Shown here in pieces: positions 1 to 10,261 of a stretch of 64,000 bases of DNA. The translations under genes were made by a program, and so were the position numbers. Source of the DNA: Acidobacteriota bacterium (GTDB lineage Bacteria > Acidobacteriota > UBA6911 > RPQK01 > JADFOI01); assembly GCA_963663035.1 (NCBI GenBank), contig OY760074.1, forward strand, positions 3,136,001 through 3,200,000, given 5' to 3'. The first letter of the stretch is position 1. Every line of letters starts with the position of its first letter. The notes beneath the pieces are model-generated. The model saw only the letters and a program-made list of their open reading frames with translations, searched no databases and was not told where the DNA came from.

Positions 1-140
1 AGAGCGCGCACCACTTCAGTACCGGCCAGGTTTTTAACGACCTGTATCAGCCCAAGATCCTCCGCCGACGCAGGGACGCTGGCCAACAGGACTGCAGAGA
101 CAATCCAGCCTCCTATTCGAACTGTCGTTCTCGCGTTCAT
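1..140 (-). CDS. Secreted protein, N-terminal part only (possibly ankyrin-repeat protein); runs off the window
   Basis: ATG at 140 gives MNARTTVRIGGWIVSAVLLASVPASAEDLGLIQVVKN..., a signal peptide with an ASA cleavage site. It lies downstream of DUF1552, where ankyrin proteins commonly occur. Confidence 0.55.
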   Translation of the reverse strand, partial: MNARTTVRIGGWIVSAVLLASVPASAEDLGLIQVVKNLAGTEVVRA

Positions 141-201
141 TGTGAACCTCCACAGACGGCGCATGAACCCGACTCGAGCCGCCCCACGCCCTGACGCGAA
201 T

Positions 202-1557
202 CTATACCGAGAGAAGATTAAGCTGTCCTGTGCTGTCACCGAATTCCTCCATAGGAAGCCCCATCTTCTCCAGCAGGGTCAAATAGAGATTCGTGACCGG
301 CGTCTCGATCGGATACTTCAGATGCCGGCCACCCTTGATCTGTCCGGCACCGGCGCCAAACACCAGCACCGGAAGGTTCTGAAAGTCATGGCTATTGCCA
401 TCGGAGATGGCGCTGCCACATGTCACGATCGAGTTATCCAACAGGGAACCGTCACCATCGGGCGTCGACTGCAGCCTGTCTAAATAGTACGCGAACATCT
501 GGGACTGCAGGGTTTCGATCTTGACCACCTTCTCGATCTTCTCCTGGTCGCCACCGTGATGCGTTATCGCGTGATGAGCGTCGGAGACCCCTATCTCCGG
601 GAAGGCCCGATTGGTCTTTTCACGGCCCATCATGAAGGTATTTACCCGGGTGATATCGGCCTGGAAAGCCAGAACGAGCAAGTCGGCCGTCAACTTGGCG
701 TGTTCTTGATACGTGGGAGGCGTTCCGGTGGGCCGCTCTACCGATGGCAAGTCCCACGGTCCCTGCTTTTCGGCCATTTCGATGCGACGCTCGATGTCAC
801 GAATGGCATGGGTGTATTCGGAGAGCTTCGTCCGATCACTCGGACCCAGCTGCCGCACGAGGGCAGCCATCGCCTCGCTGACCGAATCGAGAATACTCCG
901 ATTCATTCGAAACCTCGCGCTCTGCTCACGCGAATCCGTGCTCTGCAGATCACCAAACAAACGCTCGAACACCTTGCGCGGATTGTGCTCCATCGGCAGG
1001 GGCGTTGTTGGGCTTTGCCAGGACAGCGTGTTGATATAGGCGCAACTCCACCCCCGCTCACACGCGCCTATGATCCCGGCCGGATCCAGGGTGACTTCGA
1101 GGGATCCTAATTGTGTGTACTTCCTGAACTCATTCGCAACGATCTGATCCAGGGAGATTCCATTCTGGAAATCCGTACCAGCAGTCCAGCGCGGCCGCAC
1201 ACCGGTCAGGTATGCACCGAGGGGCCGCTCGTGCACTCCCACTGGCTGCCCAGGCAACACTCGTGCAGGTTCCTGCGACAAGCCGCTCAGGATGGCGAAT
1301 CGATCACGAAACGGGGCGAGCGGCTCGAGAAGAGGAGGCAACTCGAAGCCCGTGCCGACCGTCGTGGGCGTCCATCGATCCATGATTCTCCCGTTTGGAA
1401 GGTACACAATGGACAACCGCTTAACCGGCTGGGCCGCACTCCCCTGAGCGAATGCTGGAATCATTGCATCCAGCAGGGGCAAAGCCATCGTTATGCCTGC
1501 ACCTCGCAGGAAGGTGCGCCGGGGGACTGACTTACCAAAATTCAACATGTTGCACAT
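202..1557 (-). CDS. DUF1552 (HXXSHH-type) protein with Tat-like leader
   Basis: RRTFLRGAG..MALPLLDAM leader; P..VFERLFG and HHAITHH motifs; AAGGAG RBS; paired with the DUF1592 gene. Confidence 0.9.
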   Translation of the reverse strand: MCNMLNFGKSVPRRTFLRGAGITMALPLLDAMIPAFAQGSAAQPVKRLSIVYLPNGRIMDRWTPTTVGTGFELPPLLEPLAPFRDRFAILSGLSQEPARVLPGQPVGVHERPLGAYLTGVRPRWTAGTDFQNGISLDQIVANEFRKYTQLGSLEVTLDPAGIIGACERGWSCAYINTLSWQSPTTPLPMEHNPRKVFERLFGDLQSTDSREQSARFRMNRSILDSVSEAMAALVRQLGPSDRTKLSEYTHAIRDIERRIEMAEKQGPWDLPSVERPTGTPPTYQEHAKLTADLLVLAFQADITRVNTFMMGREKTNRAFPEIGVSDAHHAITHHGGDQEKIEKVVKIETLQSQMFAYYLDRLQSTPDGDGSLLDNSIVTCGSAISDGNSHDFQNLPVLVFGAGAGQIKGGRHLKYPIETPVTNLYLTLLEKMGLPMEEFGDSTGQLNLLSV

Positions 1558-1581
1558 CTCCTTTACGGTTAACTCCTACGG

Positions 1582-4140
1582 TTAGTCCGCAGCAGTTCCT
1601 ACCCGATCCACCTTTGTCATCTGGAAGGGCACGCTCTTGACGACCGCCAGAATCAGGGACGACCATCGGTAGTCATCTTGTGCGGCTTGTCGGGTGATCT
1701 CTCGAACGGTGGGCGCGTCCTTGTAGGTCAATCCTCGCCCGAGGGCATAGGTCAGCAGTCTTTCCGTGACAGTGGCGGCAAACCGTTCGGGTTCACGCAG
1801 TAACAGACTGCGAAGTCCGGCCGGGCCCTCAAAGGCGGTACCGTCCGGAAGAACCGCCGAGGCATCGATCGTCACACCAGCGTCGACGGTTCGCCACCGT
1901 CCGATCGCGTCGAAGTTTTCAAGCGCAAAACCCAACGGGTCCATCGGTGCATGACAGCCCATACAGGCGGGATTCGCACGATGCATCTCGAGCAATTCGC
2001 GCAACGGCAGTTCTCCGATTTCTCCAGTCTTCTCCAAGGGCGGCACGTTAGGCGGCGGGGGAGGTGGAGGCGCGTTCAGAAACTTGTCCAGCACCCAGTG
2101 GCCGCGCAAGACCACGGATGTTCGATTCGCATACGAAGTCACCGTCAGGAGAGCACTTTGACCCAGCAGGCCGCGACGTGCGTCGAACTCCGGACTGAGT
2201 GGCACGCGCCGAAGATGGTTGCCGTACACGTTCGGAATACCATAATGTCGTGCGAGACGGTCATTCAGGAACGTATAGTTCGCGTCGAGCAATCTCAGGA
2301 TGCTTTGATCCTCGCGCACCATACTTTCGAGGAAGAACTCCGTCTCCTGCCTCATTGCTTCGCGCAGGTTTTCATCAAACTCAGGAAACAACACTACGTC
2401 GGGCTGCGAGGCGCTCAGATTACGCAAATGCAGCCATTGGGCGCCAAAATTGGCCGACAATGCTCTCGCGGCACGGGGATCGGCGAGCAAGCGCCTGACC
2501 TGCTTTTCCAGTTCAGCCGGGTCCCTGAGTCTGCCGCTTTCGGCCACATCCAGCAGTTCATCGTCCGGTATACTGCTCCACAGGAAGAACGACAGCCGAG
2601 AGGCCAGTTCCAGGTCGCTGATACGGTAGATCCCCCCTGGCGGCGCAGTCGCGGGCTCGTGTTCCACCCGAAACAGGAACTCCGGGCCAACGAGCATCCG
2701 TGCAAGCGCTGCCCGAATTCCTGCCTTAAAGCCCGCTTCCTCTCGGCCGACCCTGTAAACGTCGAGCAGCAATCGAATGCCCTCGTCCGTCACTGGGCGC
2801 CGATAGGCACGACGTGCGAGTGTAGACAGAATCCTCCTCGCGCATGGCTCTTCGTCGCGGATGCCAGCGGGCTGGCACACGAAGACTTTCTGACGGCTCG
2901 GCGTATCTCCTACGGCTGTTACGCGGTCGGGGCCCCGGATCTCGACCTGTTCGATAGCAGGATTCCCCCCTCTCCACTGGATCCTGTCTAATATTGTCTC
3001 GTTACGTGGTCTGAATACCGGGTATTCAGGAACGAGATTTTCGTTTTGGAAGGTAATGGCCAGCAGCCCCTGACCGGCCTTTGCGGAAAATCGTGCCGCA
3101 AGGTTGACGTCCACCTCGTGAAGCTGGTAGAGCTCACTCTCCTCATCTCCGAGGACACCTGCGCGTACAAAGGGTGCCCCGGGCGTTGCCATTTTGGGGC
3201 CGCCACCGATCGTGAAGAGTTCGATTCTGCGTCCATCCAGTCGAATGTCCAGATAATGGGGTTCAAGGAGCCCGCGAACATAACCCCGCTCATTTCTTTG
3301 GAGGGTCACCTTGACTGTGTACTCACCATCGGCCGGGAAGTAGTGTGGAATTGCCACGCCACCGCGCGAGCCGAAAGGTAGATCCTCGCTCATGCGGCCC
3401 TCTTGCAGGAGGTATGGATGAACCGTCACCGAAGATGCAGAGGGGGGAATATCCTCTCCTATGGGTCCCACGGCTAATTCACTGATAAGATGGGCGGCCG
3501 ACAGATATTTTTCCATCGCCACCGGCGTTACCGAAAGCGCCGCACCGATATTATCGAACCCGTACTGCAACTCGTCGCCCGGCAGAAGTTCATCGACCGC
3601 GATCTCGACCGCAAGCAGGTCGCGTATCGCGTTGGCGTACTCCGTCCCGTTGAGACGACGGGGAACCGGCCGACCAGGATCAGGTTCGGCCACGGCAGCA
3701 CGATCCAACTCGGTCTCAAGGTAGGCGACGAACGACGCTAGTGCCGCCGCGTCCGGTCGCGGCCTCGCTGGCGGGGGCATCAGCCCCGCCCGCAGCTTTG
3801 CTACGACCTTCTCCCATGTCTCCCGATGGACGCTGATGTCATCGAGCTCCAGCCGATCGAATGACAGGTCCGCCGTGCGCAGCCGTGCATTGTGACAGAG
3901 GATACAGTTCCGCTGGACAAATGTGCTGTAGTCCGACGCGGGCGGTGAAGGAGAATTGGCTGGTGCCGCGCCCGAGAGGTCTTGCAGGCGCGCGCCTCCG
4001 CTCGTCATGAGCTGAACTGCCTTGAGAGGGAATGCCCTGACTTCGTTCTCGCCGCCGGCCCGAGGGCGACCGCCGACGCTCACCGCAAGGACGACAACCG
4101 CGACTCCGATGCCGCTCACTAGCAACTTTCCTCTCAGCAT
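1582..4140 (-). CDS. Planctomycete-type cytochrome c / DUF1587-1592-1595-1588-1585 multidomain protein
   Basis: Two CxxCH motifs (CILCH, CMGCH); RRLNGTEYANAIRDLL, ELASRLSFFLWSSIPD and DPLGFALENFDAIGRWR motifs. Confidence 0.9.
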   Translation of the reverse strand: MLRGKLLVSGIGVAVVVLAVSVGGRPRAGGENEVRAFPLKAVQLMTSGGARLQDLSGAAPANSPSPPASDYSTFVQRNCILCHNARLRTADLSFDRLELDDISVHRETWEKVVAKLRAGLMPPPARPRPDAAALASFVAYLETELDRAAVAEPDPGRPVPRRLNGTEYANAIRDLLAVEIAVDELLPGDELQYGFDNIGAALSVTPVAMEKYLSAAHLISELAVGPIGEDIPPSASSVTVHPYLLQEGRMSEDLPFGSRGGVAIPHYFPADGEYTVKVTLQRNERGYVRGLLEPHYLDIRLDGRRIELFTIGGGPKMATPGAPFVRAGVLGDEESELYQLHEVDVNLAARFSAKAGQGLLAITFQNENLVPEYPVFRPRNETILDRIQWRGGNPAIEQVEIRGPDRVTAVGDTPSRQKVFVCQPAGIRDEEPCARRILSTLARRAYRRPVTDEGIRLLLDVYRVGREEAGFKAGIRAALARMLVGPEFLFRVEHEPATAPPGGIYRISDLELASRLSFFLWSSIPDDELLDVAESGRLRDPAELEKQVRRLLADPRAARALSANFGAQWLHLRNLSASQPDVVLFPEFDENLREAMRQETEFFLESMVREDQSILRLLDANYTFLNDRLARHYGIPNVYGNHLRRVPLSPEFDARRGLLGQSALLTVTSYANRTSVVLRGHWVLDKFLNAPPPPPPPNVPPLEKTGEIGELPLRELLEMHRANPACMGCHAPMDPLGFALENFDAIGRWRTVDAGVTIDASAVLPDGTAFEGPAGLRSLLLREPERFAATVTERLLTYALGRGLTYKDAPTVREITRQAAQDDYRWSSLILAVVKSVPFQMTKVDRVGTAAD

Positions 4141-4239
4141 CCTGCCCCTTCCCCAGTAGGTTTCTCAGAGGACTATACACCAACGGTCTTGGCGGTGTAA
4201 ATAACAAAACTGCGCGCTCGACGAAGCTGTGGGACAATT

Positions 4240-4463
4240 GGCACTGTCAAGTTAATGCGCGAATCGCAGACTAGGCCCTTGAGCGCCATTCGCTATGCGA
4301 CACATGTTATCTCATTCCAGGTGTTGAAGGCTCGGCCTCGGAGCAGTCGATAATGGATGGCCTTCACGTGGTGTCGGCCAACGCAGAACAGGTTGTGGAT
4401 TGCACCGTGCACCGAGAGAAACCTTTGGGCCTGAACCGCTGATTTGAACCTCCGCATTTGACG
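4240..4463. mobile_element. Probable IS6-family insertion sequence end remnant
   Basis: GGCACTGTCAAGTTAA at 4240-4255 resembles IS6-type terminal repeats. No intact transposase follows. It sits at the junction between the GC-richer left block and the dnaE2 remnant. Confidence 0.35.
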
Positions 4464-4598
4464 CTCCTGCTCAGCGAGCCTTTTTTGTTGGTGGAGGGGA
4501 TCCTGCAGAACCAGAACAATGTCACTTCGATCCGAGCCCAGAAATTCCAGGCCATCCCGGGACTCGAGATCGACCTCTGGTCCCGTAATTTCTGTTGA
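4464..4598 (+). pseudogene. dnaE2: 3' remnant of error-prone DNA polymerase DnaE2 (ImuC)
   Basis: Startless frame LLLSEPFLLVEGILQNQNNVTSIRAQKFQ...SRNFC* matches the DnaE2 OB-fold end and the terminal SR[DN]F motif. Confidence 0.65.
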
Positions 4599-4618
4599 AC
4601 TCTAGCTGGGATTATTTT

Positions 4619-5564
4619 CTACGGCGCAAGCGTATCGCCCTGCTCGAGATACTCCTGAACCTCATCAAAAGTCAAAGCCTGGACTTTGGTAGGGATGGAC
4701 TTTCCGCGCACAGTCACCACTTCCTCCCGCCCTTTCAAGCTCTTCCCAGACAAGTAGCAGAAAGAGCTTTCACTGATGACCACGTCGCAATTCCACTCTT
4801 TGGTTGTGCCCTCCAACCGGAAAGCCAGGTTCACGGCGTCGCCCAGGGCAGTGTTGTCTGCACCGATTCCAATAGCAGCTTCGCCTGAGTTGATGCCCAC
4901 TCCCACCCGTAGTTCCTTGTTGAGCTGCGGGTACTTTTCCCCCAGATTTCGGGTCAGCTGGTGAATTCCACAGGAGGTTCGCAGGCTTTGGAAAACATGC
5001 TCAGCGGGATCTCCCTCATCGTCCCAGACAGCCATTACGGCGTCGCCGATGAATTTGTCTACTCTTCCATTCCTTTTCTCCACAGCCTTCTCTACCATCT
5101 CAATCCATTGGGACATCACCTCGCGCAGCTCTCTAATGGAGATCGACTCTGCCAGCTCGGTGAAGCCACGGATATCGGCCACCAGAATGGTGATGAGGCT
5201 CACCCTGGAAGCGACATGCAGGACTGTGGAGCCGCCGCTGAGCCCTTCATCCGGCAGGATCTGCTCCAAGATCTCGTCCTGATGAAAAACAAGGGATGAG
5301 CTGCCAATGGCGATCACATCACCGGACTGCAGAAGTTTAGGGGTGGAGACCCGCCGATCGTTGAGGAAGCTGCCATTTCGACTCCCCACATCAATCAAGT
5401 AATACTGATCACGACCGACCATGCGAATCAAGGCATGATTGCGCGACACGGTCGGGTCGTCCAGAGGGACAGTGTTGGCTGCATCCCTTCCGATGGCAAC
5501 TATCGGACCGCAGGGGTACTTGCAGGCATTCTTCCCCCTGAGAAAGCTCGAGGTAAGCTGGCAT
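4619..5564 (-). CDS. FHA domain + class III adenylate/guanylate cyclase; +1 frameshift near the 5' end
   Basis: FHA motifs (IGR..VSRNHA..DVGSRNG) and cyclase motifs (ADIRGFT, KFIGDAVMA, GDAVNLAFRLE). ATG 5564 joins the FHA frame only if one base of the G5 run (5534-5538) is removed. Confidence 0.85.
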
Positions 5565-5800
5565 TACTGTGACCTCAAATCGAATAATCTTCTATCATGT
5601 GAGATTGTAAGTCTTCGTATCAATCACCGGCAAGAGAATATGGCACGAGATCTTCCCTGGCACTGCCCCACAAGCCTATGGTAGTATAGCCCGCAGCGTG
5701 GTTTTGTTGCCAATTTCTCCCTTCATGTCATTTGTGACGGCGCACCCGTTTCCAGGGAACGCCGCGGATCTTTTTTTCACCCAATTAGGAGGTACTCAAC

Positions 5801-6274
5801 ATGGCTTTCGAACTCAGAATCAACGGGCGGTCTCATACCGTGGACATCGAGCCCGAGACACCCCTTCTTTGGGTGATCAGGGACACCATCGGTTTGACCG
5901 GCACCAAGTACGGCTGCGGCATTGCCCAGTGCGGCGCCTGTACGGTGCACGTGAACGGGCGGGCGATTCGGTCCTGTGTGACCCCGGCCAGTACCGTGAT
6001 CGGCAAGGACATCAAAACCATCGAGGGGCTGTCCCAGGACAGCGACCATCCGGTCCAGGTGGCCTGGACAGAAGAGGACGTTCCCCAGTGCGGCTACTGC
6101 CAGTCAGGACAGATCATGGCAGCCGCAGCCTTCCTCGAAAACCATCCCAACCCGAGCGACGCTGATATCGATCGGGAGATCACCAATCTCTGTCGCTGCG
6201 GCACGTACGTGCGCATCCGCCGGGCTATCCACCGTGCGGCGCAACTGGCCACCGGGAGTTTGTCTCGGGCATAG
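5801..6274 (+). CDS. (2Fe-2S) small subunit of isoquinoline 1-oxidoreductase-type molybdoenzyme
   Basis: [20 protein letters not shown] and NLCRCGTY motifs; AGGAGG RBS. Confidence 0.93.
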   Translation: MAFELRINGRSHTVDIEPETPLLWVIRDTIGLTGTKYGCGIAQCGACTVHVNGRAIRSCVTPASTVIGKDIKTIEGLSQDSDHPVQVAWTEEDVPQCGYCQSGQIMAAAAFLENHPNPSDADIDREITNLCRCGTYVRIRRAIHRAAQLATGSLSRA

Positions 6275-6289
6275 GGGGGAGTATCCATT

Positions 6290-8530
6290 ATGACACTCAA
6301 GCAAGAAATAAATCGCAGAAGTTTCATCGTGACCAGCGCCGCTGCGGGCGGCGGGATGGTGGTGGGCTTTTACCTGCCAGGGGCCAACCAGGCCTTGGCT
6401 GCGGCCACCGACATAGATGGCTTGAAGATAGCCGGCAAACCGTGGACGCCGCCCACAGATGGAGCAGGCGCAGAGGTCAACGCCTGGCTTCTCATCTCCC
6501 CGGACGACACCGTAACCATCCGCGTCGGACAGTCGGAGATGGGTGAGGGCGTTTTCACCTCCATGCCCATGATCGTAGCCGAGGAGCTCCAGTGCGACTG
6601 GAACAAAGTGAAGGCCGAATACGCATCCGCCAACCGGAGCCTCGTGGAAGGTGGAGTCTACCAGCGGATGAGTACCAACGGCAGTGGTGCTGTTCGCCGG
6701 TCCCGTGAATTCCTGCAGCAGGCGGGTGCCAGCGCCCGTGAGCGGCTCATCCAGGCGGCGGCCAACCAATGGGGAGTGCCTGCTGCGTCGTGCACGGCCA
6801 AGGACAGCGTGGTCACTCACCGACAGACGAACCGAACCCTCAAGTACGGCGAACTGGCCAGCGCCGCTGCCGGCATCCAGTTGGCTGAGGAACCGACCAT
6901 CAAGACGCCCGAGCAGTTCACCCTACTGGGACAACCGCTAGCGCGGCTCGACACGCCCGTGAAGGTGGACGGCAGCGCCACGTTCGGTGCCGACGTCCGG
7001 CTGCCCAACATGCTGTTTGCCACATCCAAGACCTCCCCTATCGTCGGTGCCAAGGTGCAGAGCTACGACTTCAACGCCATCAAGAACCGTCCCGGCGTGC
7101 ATTCGGTGGTGGAATTTCCAGGCGACGACACTGGGAGAGGCCTGAGAAGCGGGGTGGCAGTGGTCGCAGACACCTGGTGGCGAGCCAAGACAGCTCTCGA
7201 GCTCCTGCCCATCGAGTGGGATTACGGCCCCCACACAGATGTGAACTCAAAGGATGTCGCCCAACGGGACCTTCAGGTGCTCAATGAGAAGACAGGCGCC
7301 ATGGTGCTGGAGGAAGGCGACGCCCCCATGGCCATGCAATCTGCCGCAAGGGTGGTGGAGGCGATCTATTCGGCCCCTCACCAGGCCCATGCCACCATGG
7401 AGCCTTTGGGCTGCACGGCCCAGGTCCAGGACAACCGGGTCGACGTCTGGCTGGGAACGCAGTCTCCAGAGGGCGCGCTTCAGGATGCGGCCAGACAAGC
7501 AGGCGTGGCACCGGAAAATGCGCACGTTCACAACTGTTTTCTGGGCGGCGGCTTTGGAGGACGTGGGTCGCGCGGCGAAGTTCGGCAGGCCGTAGAAATC
7601 GCCAAGACACTGGGAGGACGTCCGGTCAATCTGCTCTGGACACGCGAGGAAGACATGAACAACGATTACTTCAACCCCAGCCCGATGGCCAAATTCCAGG
7701 CCGGGCTGGGGTCGGACGGCATGCCTGTGGCGTGGTTCAATCGGATCACCAGCGATTCCATCTTCTACTGGCTCCGCCCCGAGATGGTGGGGAACGGCAT
7801 CGACCGCATCGCCGTTGGGGGCCTGGCCGACATGCCCTACAGCGTCCCCAACAAACGGGTTGAGTTCATCATGCGGAACAAGCACATTCCGGTCTCCTTC
7901 TGGCGTGCTCCGGGAGTCAACCATAACATCTTCATGCTGGAGTCGTTCATGGACGAGGTGGCCTATGCCAGTGGCAAGGACCCGGTTGAGTTCCGGCGCT
8001 CCCTGCTCAGTCAGGCTCCCGACTTGCTGAAGGTGCTTGACACGGTTGCGGAGAAAGCCAATTGGGGCAAGTCTCTGCCCCAGGGCACCGCCCAGGGCTT
8101 TGCCATCAGCGACAGCTTCGGGACCATCGTCGCCGAAGTGGCCGAAGTCTCCGTCTCCAGACGGGGCGAGATCAGGGTTGACAAGATCGTTTGTGCCCTT
8201 GACTGCGGCAACGTCATTAATCCGCTCATCATTGAGAATCAGGTGGAAAGCTGTATCGCATACGGCCTGAGCGCGGCCTTGTACGGCGAGATCACCCTTG
8301 AAGATGGGGCGATCATGCAGAGAAATTTTGACAACTACCCCTTACTGAAGCTGAGTGAGATGCCGGAGGTGGAGACCCATTTTGCCCTCAGCGGCGGCGA
8401 CAAGTGGGGCGGCATCGGCGAGGCCGCCCTGCCGGCGGCCCCAGCAGCCGTGGCCAACGCGATCTTCGCCGCCACCGGCAAGCGCATTCGATCGATCCCC
8501 TTCAAGCATCACGACCTCAGCTGGGGTTAG
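6290..8530 (+). CDS. Molybdopterin-binding large subunit (IorB/xanthine dehydrogenase family), Tat-exported
   Basis: RRSFI Tat motif; SEMGEGV, HATMEP, LGGGFGGR and GGIGEA motifs. Confidence 0.92.
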   Translation: MTLKQEINRRSFIVTSAAAGGGMVVGFYLPGANQALAAATDIDGLKIAGKPWTPPTDGAGAEVNAWLLISPDDTVTIRVGQSEMGEGVFTSMPMIVAEELQCDWNKVKAEYASANRSLVEGGVYQRMSTNGSGAVRRSREFLQQAGASARERLIQAAANQWGVPAASCTAKDSVVTHRQTNRTLKYGELASAAAGIQLAEEPTIKTPEQFTLLGQPLARLDTPVKVDGSATFGADVRLPNMLFATSKTSPIVGAKVQSYDFNAIKNRPGVHSVVEFPGDDTGRGLRSGVAVVADTWWRAKTALELLPIEWDYGPHTDVNSKDVAQRDLQVLNEKTGAMVLEEGDAPMAMQSAARVVEAIYSAPHQAHATMEPLGCTAQVQDNRVDVWLGTQSPEGALQDAARQAGVAPENAHVHNCFLGGGFGGRGSRGEVRQAVEIAKTLGGRPVNLLWTREEDMNNDYFNPSPMAKFQAGLGSDGMPVAWFNRITSDSIFYWLRPEMVGNGIDRIAVGGLADMPYSVPNKRVEFIMRNKHIPVSFWRAPGVNHNIFMLESFMDEVAYASGKDPVEFRRSLLSQAPDLLKVLDTVAEKANWGKSLPQGTAQGFAISDSFGTIVAEVAEVSVSRRGEIRVDKIVCALDCGNVINPLIIENQVESCIAYGLSAALYGEITLEDGAIMQRNFDNYPLLKLSEMPEVETHFALSGGDKWGGIGEAALPAAPAAVANAIFAATGKRIRSIPFKHHDLSWG

Positions 8531-8931
8531 CACTCATCGTCGAGGATTTCCAGGCGATCGGGAGTATTGGGGACCACACACAGAAATTCGAAGGGTGCCT
8601 CAATCACTTGATAGAAGTGAGAGGTACCTGCCGGGATGTAGAGGACATCGCTGGCCTTCACCTCATAGACCTTTTCACCGATACCCACCCGGGCCCTCCC
8701 ACCCAAAACATACTGTTCGTGCTCAACAGTGTTGGTGTGGCGCGGCATACCGCCGCCTTCGCCCATGATGAAACGCCGCATGGAGAAGTTGGGTGCCCCA
8801 TCCTCCTCCCCGATCAACACTTGTGTCTGGGTTGCGACTCCCGCCTTCACCTCCTGCCTTGCCACCGCATGGGCTGGTTTGACAACTTCGCTGGGGGTGG
8901 ATCTTTCAGTCCTGTTCTGGGCTTCTCCCAT
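8527..8931 (-). CDS. Cupin domain protein
   Basis: MPRHTNTVEHEQYV...YIPAGTSH cupin motifs. Confidence 0.85.
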   Translation of the reverse strand: MGEAQNRTERSTPSEVVKPAHAVARQEVKAGVATQTQVLIGEEDGAPNFSMRRFIMGEGGGMPRHTNTVEHEQYVLGGRARVGIGEKVYEVKASDVLYIPAGTSHFYQVIEAPFEFLCVVPNTPDRLEILDDEC

Positions 8932-8932
8932 G

Positions 8933-10147
8933 TCAGTTACCGCCGATGAAGTGGGTGGTGACCAAGGCCCAATAGTCGGAGTAGAGCCTCTGATCGTAGT
9001 CTTCCAGGAATACGGTCATCTCCTGCAAAATAGTGGTTAGCCGATGACCAGGAACGCGGGCAGGATGCAAGCCACCCATGCCCGTAAAAGCACGTATGAA
9101 AAAGCTCTTCTCCCCAATCGGCAGCTTCCGGATGTTTTCAACAAATGCGCCAAAGACTCCGCTGCGAAAGAGATACTGCTCCACGTTGGATGTATAGAAC
9201 ACCGACACGGAGTGTCCATTCTCTCTTAAGAAGTCTCCGATAGCTGCAAACGTCTTGGTCCCGGCGAAGTCTCCCACCAGGGGAATGATCCGATTGCGGA
9301 GGTGAAGCTCTCGAACGAACCGGTAGTCTTCTTCCTTGGCCAGGAAGTTGGCACGCAGACCTCGAAGATCCTTCTCCAGAAGAATTGCCCTCATTGTGGG
9401 AAAGCGCCCCCAACTCCATCTCCCCGCAAACCAGAAGCGAATATTGAGATTCTCCTCCCAGAAGGCCGTATAGACGTATTCCAGGGCCTTTCGGTCGTCC
9501 GAGGACAACGGAAACTTGAAATCTTCCTGGATGGTCTCTTCCACAACAGACAGGTTCTCTCGAAAGGTCTCCTCCACCCCAGGTGTCTGGTCAAAGTACA
9601 GGAGAAGTTCCGGCAGCAGGGTGTCAGTTCCCGGAGCGCTCTCTCCCGACAGAGGCTTGCTAAAGAGCCGCGACAGGAACTGGGCACGATTCTCCGACAA
9701 GTGGAAGAGTGCCTTGTACATGAGCTGTTGGATCATGGCCTGGCGGCGGATGTCGACGATAAAAGCAATTTGCGGCTGGACCTTGGCAATATAGGTGAAG
9801 TTCTGTTCCGGACCCACTCCGATATAGGCTCCCTCTCCCGTAGCTGCAAGTTCCCCTAGCTTGCCCAGGACATGCAGATAGGAAGTCTCGTTTGAGACGA
9901 AGTTGTCTGACAGGAAGTACCCCCCTTCCTCGGAGAACGCCCGGATAATACGAGAGAACTCCTCTGCCGGGATGCTCTGATCTTGAGATTGGGGTATGGG
10001 TTGGTGGGCTTCCAGCCAGTTTGGGGCGATCAGCCCGATCCCCAGGGTCATGACCACCAGGGCTCCCAGCCAGTGGTTGAGGGGAGATGGTCCTTTTCTG
10101 AAAATCGCCGCCAGAAGCGGAATCCTGAGCATGAACCGTTTGAGCAT
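8933..10147 (-). CDS. Conserved exported hypothetical protein
   Basis: 404-aa ORF with GGAGGA RBS, a hydrophobic N-region and a YIGVGPEQNFTYIA motif. Confidence 0.7.
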   Translation of the reverse strand: MLKRFMLRIPLLAAIFRKGPSPLNHWLGALVVMTLGIGLIAPNWLEAHQPIPQSQDQSIPAEEFSRIIRAFSEEGGYFLSDNFVSNETSYLHVLGKLGELAATGEGAYIGVGPEQNFTYIAKVQPQIAFIVDIRRQAMIQQLMYKALFHLSENRAQFLSRLFSKPLSGESAPGTDTLLPELLLYFDQTPGVEETFRENLSVVEETIQEDFKFPLSSDDRKALEYVYTAFWEENLNIRFWFAGRWSWGRFPTMRAILLEKDLRGLRANFLAKEEDYRFVRELHLRNRIIPLVGDFAGTKTFAAIGDFLRENGHSVSVFYTSNVEQYLFRSGVFGAFVENIRKLPIGEKSFFIRAFTGMGGLHPARVPGHRLTTILQEMTVFLEDYDQRLYSDYWALVTTHFIGGN

Positions 10148-10261
10148 TTCCTCCTCCAGTGCCCACCTATCTTACCTCAATCGATCCCAACTTGCCGGAG
10201 AGGCAAAGTTTTGCTACATTTCCCTCCTTTGTCATAACGTTTAGTGGAGAAAATAAGATTA

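Noticed and set aside
1951-2991. Long antisense ORFs (also 28769-29620, 50717-51556, 52581-53405)
   Set aside because: Shadow frames of well-supported genes in GC-rich DNA; similarity between the latter two only reflects the paralogy on the other strand.
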